DNA from: Bacillota bacterium
GTDB taxonomy: Bacteria > Bacillota > JACPQU01
NCBI GenBank assembly: GCA_016190305.1
Contig: JACPQU010000121.1
Location: forward strand, 1 to 44,959
Length of the DNA: 44,959 nucleotides
Reading direction: 5' to 3'
Of the stretch, positions 25,496 through 32,750 are shown piece after piece. Numbering within the stretch: the stretch's first letter is position 1; every line of letters begins with the position of its first letter. The notes below the pieces were generated by a model that made no database searches, was not told where the DNA came from, and saw only the letters and a program-made list of their open reading frames with translations. A program made the translations under genes and the position numbers.

Positions 25496-26350
25496 CTATC
25501 CCCTCCCCATCAGGACGCCCAGGTGTCTCAGGAGATCCCTGGAGAGATCGCTCATCGCCTTCCAGTAGATCGGCAGGGTGAAGACCAGGAGGAGGATCCC
25601 CAGCCCCGCCTTGAGCGGAAGACCCACGAAGAAAACGTTCATCTGCGGCACCGTCCGGGCCAGCAGCCCCAAAGCCACCGTGGTGAGAAACATGGTGGCC
25701 AGCACCGGGGCGGCCAACTGGAGCGCCAGGCTGAACATCGCCGCGGTGAGCAGCAGGACCCCGGCCGCGGACTGTTCCGGCAGGATCGCCGTCCCCGGCG
25801 GGAAGAGACGGAAGCTCTCCCAGAGGGCCCGCAGGAGCAGGTGGTGTCCGTCAACGAGCAGGAAGATGATCAGGGCGAGCAGGTGCTGGAAGTTGCCCAC
25901 CAGGGGAGCCTGGGTCTCGAGCGTCGGATCCACCACGTTGACCATCCCGAAGCCCATCTCCACGTCCAGAAGGCTCCCGGCCATCTGGGCCGTGGAGATG
26001 ACCAGGGCTGCTCCGAAACCGATCAGGGCTCCCTTGAGCACCTCCCGCGCCGACTCCATCAGCGCCGGCAGGGCTGAGATCGTTCCCACGGCTCCCTCGG
26101 CCCCCCCTGGTCCTCCGGCTGCCCCGGTTCCCGGTCCCTGATCCGGGAACGACAGCGCGGGGTCGGGGCCGTTTACGAGCGGCGCGAAGAGAACGGTCAG
26201 GGCCAGGGCGAACAGCGCCCGCACCTGCCAGGGGACCAGCCTGGCTCCGAGGAAAGGCGCGGTGGCCGCCAGCCCCCCGGACCTGGCAAGGACCAGGAGG
26301 AAACCCCACCACCGCTCATCCAGGTACTCCAGCCAGGCCATTCCGCTCAC
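25496..26350 (-). CDS. fliR: Flagellar export apparatus protein FliR
   Basis: Polytopic membrane protein (FLLVLARSGGLAATAPFLG...) in the canonical position between fliQ and flhB. Confidence 0.9.
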   Translation of the reverse strand: MSGMAWLEYLDERWWGFLLVLARSGGLAATAPFLGARLVPWQVRALFALALTVLFAPLVNGPDPALSFPDQGPGTGAAGGPGGAEGAVGTISALPALMESAREVLKGALIGFGAALVISTAQMAGSLLDVEMGFGMVNVVDPTLETQAPLVGNFQHLLALIIFLLVDGHHLLLRALWESFRLFPPGTAILPEQSAAGVLLLTAAMFSLALQLAAPVLATMFLTTVALGLLARTVPQMNVFFVGLPLKAGLGILLLVFTLPIYWKAMSDLSRDLLRHLGVLMGRG

Positions 26351-26401
26351 CTCCGTCCCACGCCGGCAGCCGGCGTAACCGTCTTACCAATCCGGGCGCC
26401 C

Positions 26402-26671
26402 CTATCCGATCAACCCGGGGATCCCCTGCCAAAGACGGACCGTGAAGGTCACCAGGGTGGTGATCATCCACGGCCCGAAGAAGACCACCGCCAGGAGCAC
26501 GGCGATGATCTTGGGCACGAACACCAGGGTCTGCTCGTTGATCTGGGTGGTGGCCTGAAAAACGCTGACCGCCAGGCCGGCCAGGAGGCTCAAGGCCAGC
26601 ACCGGGCCTCCCACCATCAGCACGGTGATCAGGGCTTCCCTGGCCAGACCGAGAACGTACTCCTGGTTCAC
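26402..26671 (-). CDS. fliQ: Flagellar export apparatus protein FliQ
   Basis: 89 aa. LITVLMVGGPVLALSLLAGLAVSVFQATTQINEQTLVFVPKI is the FliQ signature. Confidence 0.95.
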   Translation of the reverse strand: MNQEYVLGLAREALITVLMVGGPVLALSLLAGLAVSVFQATTQINEQTLVFVPKIIAVLLAVVFFGPWMITTLVTFTVRLWQGIPGLIG

Positions 26672-26729
26672 GAACCTTCACCTCTCAAGGGTTGTCGATT
26701 GTGAAACCCCGCTGCACCGCCGGTCTCCG

Positions 26730-27917
26730 CTAACTGAAACTGCCCACCAGGGATTGCACCACCAGGTGCCACCCGTCCACCAGGACGAACAGGAGAACTT
26801 TAAACGGGAGGGAGATCATCACCGGGGGCAGCATCAGCATTCCCATCGACATGAGGGTGCTGGCCACGATCATGTCGATCATGATGAAGGGAACGTAGAT
26901 CATGAATCCGATCTGGAAGGCGGTCTTCAACTCGCTGATCACGAAGGCCGGCACCACCAGGTGGGTGGGTACCTGGTCGGGTCCGTCAGCCTCCTCGATC
27001 CCGCCCATGCCCATGAAGAGGGCCAGGTCCTTCTCCCTGGTCTGGCGCAGCATGAAACCCCGCACCGGCTCCGACGCCGCCGCCAGGGCGGCCTCGGAGC
27101 TCATCCCCCCTTGCAGGTAAGGCTGCAGGGCGTTCTCGTTGACCTGCCCCCAGACGGGCGCCATGACCCCAAGGCTGACGAACAGGGCCAGACCCACCAG
27201 CACCTGGTTGGGCGGCACCTGCTGGGTTCCCAGGGCGTTCCGGACGAAGGAGAGGACCACCACGATCCGGGTGAAGGAGGTCATCAGGATCAGGATGGCA
27301 GGGGCAAGGGAAAGAACCGTCAGAGCCAGCAGGATCTGGACGGCCCCCGCAACTTCGCGTGGCTCCTCGGTCGGGGTGATCCCCAGTTCCAGCCGCGGCA
27401 GGGGCAGGGGGGCGGCGTGAGCGGTTGAGACATCAATGAGTCCCAGAAGGGCCCCCGCCAGGAGGATCCCGATCAGGAATCCCAGGCAGCCCGGCCCCTT
27501 TTTCTTCACTTCCCGGCGCAACAGACTCCCCGCCTTCGCCAGGGCCTCCCGGAAGGGGGCGGACAGGGAATCGGGGATGCCGGCGCCGGCAGGGTTGGCG
27601 GCGAGGTCATCGCCGGGACCATGGCCGATTTCCGTGCCGGGACCCTCATCTGGGTCCATCCCCTCCAACTCCTCCGGAGTCAGGGTCGCAAGCAGGTTCA
27701 CCCTCCGGTCCGATACCCCCAGGAGCAGGAGCCGCCGGGCCCCCACCTGCGCCAGGCACAGGCTCTTACCCGGGCCGAGGGGAGTGACCTCGCGGATCCT
27801 GATATGGCGGCCGCCGGACAACCGGCGCAACCGGTGCCCGAGGCCCCGGGCGGTGAAGTAGGCCAGGCCGATGATCAAGACGGAAAACAGCAGGAACTTT
27901 GCCAGATCCCAGGCCAA
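26730..27917 (-). CDS. fliP: FliO-like N-terminal module fused in frame to FliP
   Basis: aa 1-95: one TM helix plus IREVTPLGPGKSLCLAQVGARRLLLLGVSDRRVNLLATL (FliO/FliZ-like). Then a linker, a second hydrophobic signal-like helix, and FliP core motifs (LTVLSLAPAILILMTSFTRIVVVLSFVRNALGTQQVPPNQVLVGLALF ... FKTAFQIGFMIYVPFIMIDMIVAS). Confidence 0.9.
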   Translation of the reverse strand: MAWDLAKFLLFSVLIIGLAYFTARGLGHRLRRLSGGRHIRIREVTPLGPGKSLCLAQVGARRLLLLGVSDRRVNLLATLTPEELEGMDPDEGPGTEIGHGPGDDLAANPAGAGIPDSLSAPFREALAKAGSLLRREVKKKGPGCLGFLIGILLAGALLGLIDVSTAHAAPLPLPRLELGITPTEEPREVAGAVQILLALTVLSLAPAILILMTSFTRIVVVLSFVRNALGTQQVPPNQVLVGLALFVSLGVMAPVWGQVNENALQPYLQGGMSSEAALAAASEPVRGFMLRQTREKDLALFMGMGGIEEADGPDQVPTHLVVPAFVISELKTAFQIGFMIYVPFIMIDMIVASTLMSMGMLMLPPVMISLPFKVLLFVLVDGWHLVVQSLVGSFS

Positions 27918-27988
27918 AAGTTAGGCTCCTCCTCTCCAAAGAACCGGTCGTTTAAGGTGACTTGTTCCGGCTTCCAACCGGCCCCAGC

Positions 27989-29173
27989 CTAGAGAACCTG
28001 CTCCAGTTGCCGTTTCGAGCTCAGGATCTCCGTGATCCGGACCCCGAAGTTCTCATCGATCACCACGACCTCGCCCCGCGCCACGATCTTGCCGTTCACC
28101 AGCACGTCCACCGCCTCTCCCGCCAGCCGGTCCAGTTCCACGATGGAACCGGGGCCGAGGCCCATGACCTCCCTCAACTGCTTCCGGGTGCGTCCCAGTT
28201 CGACCGTGACCTGGAGCGGAACATCCCACAGGAGATCGATGTTTCCGGCAGGCGCAGCTTGCTCGGCCTGCTCCCCCAGGGGCCGGTACTCCACCGGAAA
28301 AACCTGAATGCGGGACTCTTTTCCGGCTTCATCCGGGTCCCCGTCAACTCCCCCGGCGGCCCACGAGGGAAGGATGAGCTGCAGGGCGGCGGAGGCTCCC
28401 CCCGGGAACTGGAGCCGGATCCACAGGGAGCAGCGATTTTTGGCGGAATCAGAAAACGGTTCAATGGGGGAATCGAAGACGGAACCGGCCGGGGCAGAAC
28501 CACCGATGGGACCGCCAGGGGAGTCGCCGTTCGCATCACTGTTGGAATCATCGTTGGAATCCCAGTCGGCACCGGATGAATCATCGGAGAAACGATCCGG
28601 CGGCCCGATCTCCGCCAGGGCGCCGGTGCCGGCGACCGTGATCCGCATGCCTGTTTCAAGGCCCAGGGTCCTGATCCCCTCGATGATCAGCCTTTCCACG
28701 GCCTCGCCAAGGGCGGTCTTCCCGGCCTCCCCGAGCCCGCTCCCATCATTTCCCCGCCTCCCGTCTTTACCCAGGAGGGCCCGAACCAGCTTTTCCGCCT
28801 CCGGCACCGGCAAGAGCCACGGGATGTCCCCTTCCCACTCGCCCCTTACCGAAACGGCGCCCTGGAAATGCGGCATATCCCGCAAAGCCGCTGGATGCTC
28901 AGCCGAATGTTCCGCCTGATGCCCCGCCTGATGCCCCGCCTGATGCCCCGCCTGATGCCCCGCCTGATGCCCCGCCTGATGCCCCGCCTGATGCCCCGCC
29001 TGATGCCCCGCTGGATGCCCAGGCTGATGCCCTGCCGGAAGCTCTGCCGGCGCCAACCCCTCCACCCGGGCCGTGACGCCTTTCCCCAGAACGGCAGCCA
29101 GGTCCCGCAAAGCCCTGTTGAAGGCTGCCTCAAGCAGCCGGGCCGGATTCTTCAACTGTCTGTCCAAGCCCAT
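27989..29173 (-). CDS. fliY: Flagellar switch protein FliY/FliN (degenerate CheC-like N-terminal part plus C-terminal FliN/SpoA domain)
   Basis: C-terminus NIDLLWDVPLQVTVELGRTRKQLREVMGLGPGSIVELDRLAGEAVDVLVNGKIVARGEVVVIDENFGVRITEI, which is FliN. The track ORF (to 29479) overlaps fliM by 328 nt in an R/G/P-rich shadow frame. The realistic start is ATG 29173 or TTG 29167, with GGGAGGG upstream. Confidence 0.9.
   Translation of the reverse strand: MGLDRQLKNPARLLEAAFNRALRDLAAVLGKGVTARVEGLAPAELPAGHQPGHPAGHQAGHQAGHQAGHQAGHQAGHQAGHQAGHQAEHSAEHPAALRDMPHFQGAVSVRGEWEGDIPWLLPVPEAEKLVRALLGKDGRRGNDGSGLGEAGKTALGEAVERLIIEGIRTLGLETGMRITVAGTGALAEIGPPDRFSDDSSGADWDSNDDSNSDANGDSPGGPIGGSAPAGSVFDSPIEPFSDSAKNRCSLWIRLQFPGGASAALQLILPSWAAGGVDGDPDEAGKESRIQVFPVEYRPLGEQAEQAAPAGNIDLLWDVPLQVTVELGRTRKQLREVMGLGPGSIVELDRLAGEAVDVLVNGKIVARGEVVVIDENFGVRITEILSSKRQLEQVL
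28897..29028 (-). repeat. 12-bp in-frame tandem repeat: 7 perfect copies of gccccgcctgat plus degenerate flanking copies, encoding (AGHQ)8 and variants
   Basis: Perfect copies span 28921-29004. Variants lie at 28897-28920 and 29005-29028. Protein reads PAGHQPGHPAGHQ(x8)AEHSAEHPA. Confidence 0.97.
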
Positions 29174-30126
29174 CCCTCCCTTGCTTGATCCTCTTCGTCG
29201 ACCGCCTGGGTTGCCCCGGTGATCCGGAACCCAAGCCTCCTCCCCAGGTGACCCGGGCGGGCCGTGAACTTGCTTCTTCCGGCCACCAGGACTTCCAGGT
29301 CGCGGTCCCACCGGTTGTCCAGCCTGAGCACGTCGCCCAGCCTGAGCTCGGAAAACTCCCTCATGGAGAGCTGGGTCTTGCCGAGAAGAACGATCATCGG
29401 AACGTGGACCCCGGAGACCCTGTCGGAGAGGGCCTGGGCGGCCTTTCCGGGAGACTCTCGAAAGTCCCCCGTGATCCACTCCTGGGCGGTGAGGCGCGGC
29501 AACACCGGCTCGGCCACCTTGAAGGGGAGGCAGAGGTGCATGGCCCCGCTGTAATCCCCCACCAGCACCGAGAAGGAGATCACCGCGACGATCTCGTTGG
29601 CCGGGATGAGCTGGGCCACCAGGGGCGATGTCTCCAGGGACTCCAGCCGGGGGGAGAGCCGGGCGATCCTCCGCCAGGCCTCCACGAAGGTATCCAGGCT
29701 GCCTTCCAGGAGCTTCTCCAGGACCGTTTTCTCGATGTCGGTGGCCGGCCGCAGCACCGGCGGGTACTGACCGGGCCCGCCCATCAGCCGGTCGATGATC
29801 GGAAAGGCGATCCCGGCGTCGAGCTGGAGCAGCACGTTTCCGGGGAGGGGCGGGAGGCTGATCACCGCCACGGCTGCCGCCTTATCGATGGTCTTGGCGA
29901 ACTCGTCGTAGCTCGCCTGGTTCACCCCCAGGACGTTGACCTGGCACAGGGCGCTCAAGCGACCCGAGAAATGGCTTGCCAGGAGGCGTCCCAGGTTCTC
30001 GTGGAGCATGTAGAGGGTGCGCACATGGTCCTTCCCGAACTTGTCCGGGCGGCGGAAGTCGTAGCCGCGGACCATCTTGCGGCGTGAAGTCTTGCCGGTG
30101 GCATGGACGGCCTCCAATGGTTGCAC
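29152..30126 (-). CDS. fliM: Flagellar motor switch protein FliM (short N-terminus)
   Basis: VRGYDFRRPDKFGKDHVRTLYMLHENLGRLLASHFSGRL and downstream FliM/SpoA features. GTG start. There is no in-frame upstream start before fliL. Confidence 0.93.
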   Translation of the reverse strand: MQPLEAVHATGKTSRRKMVRGYDFRRPDKFGKDHVRTLYMLHENLGRLLASHFSGRLSALCQVNVLGVNQASYDEFAKTIDKAAAVAVISLPPLPGNVLLQLDAGIAFPIIDRLMGGPGQYPPVLRPATDIEKTVLEKLLEGSLDTFVEAWRRIARLSPRLESLETSPLVAQLIPANEIVAVISFSVLVGDYSGAMHLCLPFKVAEPVLPRLTAQEWITGDFRESPGKAAQALSDRVSGVHVPMIVLLGKTQLSMREFSELRLGDVLRLDNRWDRDLEVLVAGRSKFTARPGHLGRRLGFRITGATQAVDEEDQAREGWAWTDS

Positions 30127-30197
30127 CCCCTGTCCCTTCTCGACTCTTACCCGACTCTTGCCCGACCCTTGCCCGGGGCGGGCCCTCGCGCCCCGCC

Positions 30198-30632
30198 CTA
30201 CTGCACGACCAGGTCGGTCAGGAACACCCGCAGGGCTCCTTCCGCCTCCATCAACTCTCCGATCCGCTCCCCGATACGGCGGCTCATACCCGACTCTCCG
30301 CCGGGAGCCTCCAGCTCCGAACTGAACATCTCGCGGAGAGTTCCTAGGATCACATGGCGGATCTTGGGCTTGATCCCCTCCAACTTCGAGGCCTCGGCGG
30401 CTCCGCCCGGAATCTCAACCACCACCGAAACCTTGATCAGGCGCCGCCCCCCCGGATCGGCCAGGTTCGTAACGAAACTTCCCAGATCGACCATCACCGG
30501 CTCCGGAGGCGGACCCGCCTCGGCCAGGGACGGATCGGCCTCCTTGTTCATCAACCAGTAGGCGCCGGCCCCCCCGCCGAGGATCCCCAGCGCCAGGACG
30601 GTCACCAGGGCCCGCTTCAGAAATCGCTTCAA
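30198..30632 (-). CDS. fliL: Flagellar basal body-associated protein FliL
   Basis: One N-terminal TM helix, then VDLGSFVTNLADPGGRRLIKVSVVVEI...IRHVILGTLRE...FLTDLVVQ, the typical FliL pattern. Confidence 0.9.
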   Translation of the reverse strand: MKRFLKRALVTVLALGILGGGAGAYWLMNKEADPSLAEAGPPPEPVMVDLGSFVTNLADPGGRRLIKVSVVVEIPGGAAEASKLEGIKPKIRHVILGTLREMFSSELEAPGGESGMSRRIGERIGELMEAEGALRVFLTDLVVQ

Positions 30633-30695
30633 CTCGTCCCTTCACCACCGTTCCATCCGTCTAAGACCTTAAACGCCTGGATCCCTTCGCCAACG

Positions 30696-31493
30696 TCATC
30701 GGTTCAAACCGCCTTTGAGCTCGGCGCTGTCAGGCTCCTGATCCTTCCAACTCAGCCTCATCAGCACCACGTCCACGCGGCGGTTGAGCTGTCTTCCCGC
30801 TTCGTCTCCATTGCCGGTCAGCGGCCGGTATTCCCCGTAGCCCGCCGCGGAGAGGCGCCGGGGATCCAGCCCGTGGATCTCCACGAAGCGTCTGATCACC
30901 GTGGTAGCCCGGGCCGTGGACAGCTCCCAGTTGGTGGGGAACTGGATGGTCTGGATCGGCACGTTGTCCGTGTGCCCCTCGACCCGCACCTCGTTCGGGA
31001 TCCCGGCCAGCAGGGGGATGACGGAATCGACGATTCTTAGGGCTTCCGGCTTCAGTTCCGCCTTGCCGCTTTCGAACAGGACGTTGGCGGCGAAGCGGAG
31101 GACCAGGCCGCGCTGGTGACGTTCCACCGCCACCTCGCTGGAGATCCCGGCCTGCTTGAGGAGCGCTAGAGCCGTCTGCTCCAGTTGCTCGAGCTGCTCC
31201 CGATCCCGCCGGTCCCGCTCCTCCTCCGGGGAGAGGGGTTCCTCCGGGGAGGGCGCCGGAACCAGGGCGTCCGGGGGCCGGGTCTCCAGGAGGGACGGCC
31301 CTCCCGGCAAGACCCCCAGGGCGCCCCGCAGCGACTCGGCGGCCTTCTGGAACTTGGTTGCATCCAGGGAGGCCAGGCTGAAAAGGAGCACGAAGAAGGT
31401 CAAGATCAGGGTGACCATATCCCCGTAGGTGACCATCCACAACGGCGCTCCTTTTCCTGCCGGCTGGCGGCCCCGCCTGGCCCTGGAAACCAC
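30696..31493 (-). CDS. motB: Flagellar stator protein MotB (OmpA-like C-terminus)
   Basis: APLWMVTYGDMVTLILTFFVLLFS carries the conserved Asp-containing TM helix. C-terminus GHTDNVPI...NWELSTARATTVIRRF...GYGEYRPL...NRRVDVV. Confidence 0.95.
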   Translation of the reverse strand: MVSRARRGRQPAGKGAPLWMVTYGDMVTLILTFFVLLFSLASLDATKFQKAAESLRGALGVLPGGPSLLETRPPDALVPAPSPEEPLSPEEERDRRDREQLEQLEQTALALLKQAGISSEVAVERHQRGLVLRFAANVLFESGKAELKPEALRIVDSVIPLLAGIPNEVRVEGHTDNVPIQTIQFPTNWELSTARATTVIRRFVEIHGLDPRRLSAAGYGEYRPLTGNGDEAGRQLNRRVDVVLMRLSWKDQEPDSAELKGGLNR

Positions 31494-32447
31494 CTAAGCC
31501 GCGCCCCCTTTTTCGGCGGCCGCCGGGCCGGAAGCCCGCCGCCCTTCGGCGGAGGGGGCCACCACAACCGCAGCACCCGCGGCACCCGCAGCCGCCGGAC
31601 CCCTTTTCGATTCCCGCCCCTTCTTTGCTCCCTGCTCCTTGCCTGCTCCCCGCTCCTTGCCTGCTCCCCGGCCGCCTGCACGCGCGGCCACCGAGTTCCG
31701 CAGTTTAGGCGCCAGGAACGCCTTCAGCTTCTCCTCCACGATCCTGGGGTTATCCCCGGCCTGGATGGACAGGATCCCCTCAATGACCACCTGTTTGATC
31801 AGGATCTCCTCGGAGCTCCGCACTCTCAGCTTCCCGGCCATGGGGATGAACACCAGGTTGGCCAGGAGCGCGCCGTAGAGGGTGGTGATCAGGGCCAGGG
31901 CCATCCCCGGACCGATCTGGTCGGGGCGGTCAAGGTTCTGCAGCATCTGGATCAGGCCGATCAGGGTGCCGATCATTCCGAACGCGGGGGCGAGGGCCCC
32001 CATGGTCTCGAACATCCCCTGCCCCTCGCGGTGCCGCTCCTCCAGAAAGGCCAGTTCGGTATCCATGATGTTCCGCACCATCCCGGAGTCCGCACCGTCC
32101 ACCACCAGTTGGACCCCCTTGGCGAGGAAGGGATCGACCGCCCCCTGGGACACCTCGTGCTCCAAGGCCAGCAGGCCTTCCCGCCTGGCGCGGTCGGCCA
32201 GCCGGACCAGGGTGGCGATCAACTCGAGGGGATGGACCTCCCGCTTCAGGAAGACCTGTTTCAGAACCTTGAGCACGCCCACCAGCTTCCCCAGGGGATA
32301 GCTGAGGAGGGTGCCCGCGAAGGTGCCCCCCATAGTGATGGCCAGGGAGGGCAGATTCAGGAAGATCCCCCAGGATCCACCGGAGACCACCGCCCACGCC
32401 AGGAGGGCGACCCCCGATACGATCCCCGCTACTGAAGCCAGATCCAT
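31494..32447 (-). CDS. motA: Flagellar stator protein MotA (with low-complexity C-terminal tail)
   Basis: MDLASVAGIVSGVALLAWAV... and FGMIGTLIGLIQML..ALITTLYGALLANLVFIPMAGKL. Its stop abuts the motB GTG. Confidence 0.95.
   Translation of the reverse strand: MDLASVAGIVSGVALLAWAVVSGGSWGIFLNLPSLAITMGGTFAGTLLSYPLGKLVGVLKVLKQVFLKREVHPLELIATLVRLADRARREGLLALEHEVSQGAVDPFLAKGVQLVVDGADSGMVRNIMDTELAFLEERHREGQGMFETMGALAPAFGMIGTLIGLIQMLQNLDRPDQIGPGMALALITTLYGALLANLVFIPMAGKLRVRSSEEILIKQVVIEGILSIQAGDNPRIVEEKLKAFLAPKLRNSVAARAGGRGAGKERGAGKEQGAKKGRESKRGPAAAGAAGAAVVVAPSAEGRRASGPAAAEKGGAA
31634..31669 (-). repeat. 18-bp perfect tandem duplication (gctccttgcctgctcccc, two copies) in the motA tail
   Basis: Direct reading; encodes GAGKERGAGKEQ. 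Confidence 0.9.
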
Positions 32448-32644
32448 CCTTGTTCACCCCGCCCCTCGTGCATAATCACCCGCCGGCAGCCCCCACCGGC
32501 GACGGGCGGCGGAGCGGCGCGGCGGCGGCTCACCCGTTCTCAATCCGCCGCGCCGTTACCGCCTGACCAAAACCGCCGTACCTTTACACTTTTGCCTCTT
32601 CAGCACTGCCGTCCACCGTTCGGATACGGCGGTGCGGTTGAAAC

Positions 32645-32702
32645 CTTACCGTTCCGTCACCCCTTACCGCTTACCCCTTACCCTTACCGCGTACCGCTTA
32701 AC
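32645..32702 (-). repeat. Array of CTTACC (+ strand) / GGTAAG (minus strand) motifs with 6-7 nt period in the flgE-motA spacer
   Basis: Copies at 32645, 32663, 32670, 32677 and 32683, plus degenerate copies at 32691 and 32697. All three minus-strand frames contain stops here. Confidence 0.85.
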
Positions 32703-32750
32703 GTCTAAACATTCTTTAAGTTGCTCTGAAGTGTGAAGCCACCGGCAACA

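Noticed and set aside
28897-29028. Possible CRISPR array or other spacer-repeat locus
   Set aside because: The units are 12 bp, contiguous with no spacers, in frame, and lie inside a well-supported CDS. It is a coding microsatellite.
29174-29479. N-terminal 102 codons of the track ORF for FliY
   Set aside because: This stretch overlaps fliM by 328 nt in a different frame and encodes R/G/P-rich sequence. The SD-preceded ATG at 29173 or TTG at 29167 just after the fliM end is the plausible start.
31185-32435. 416-aa + strand ORF
   Set aside because: It is antisense to motA and motB, and the product is low complexity.
32448-32750. Hidden flbD gene between flgE and motA
   Set aside because: I translated all three minus-strand frames by eye. 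Only peptides of up to ~16 codons are open, and none resembles FlbD (MI.LTRLNG...).
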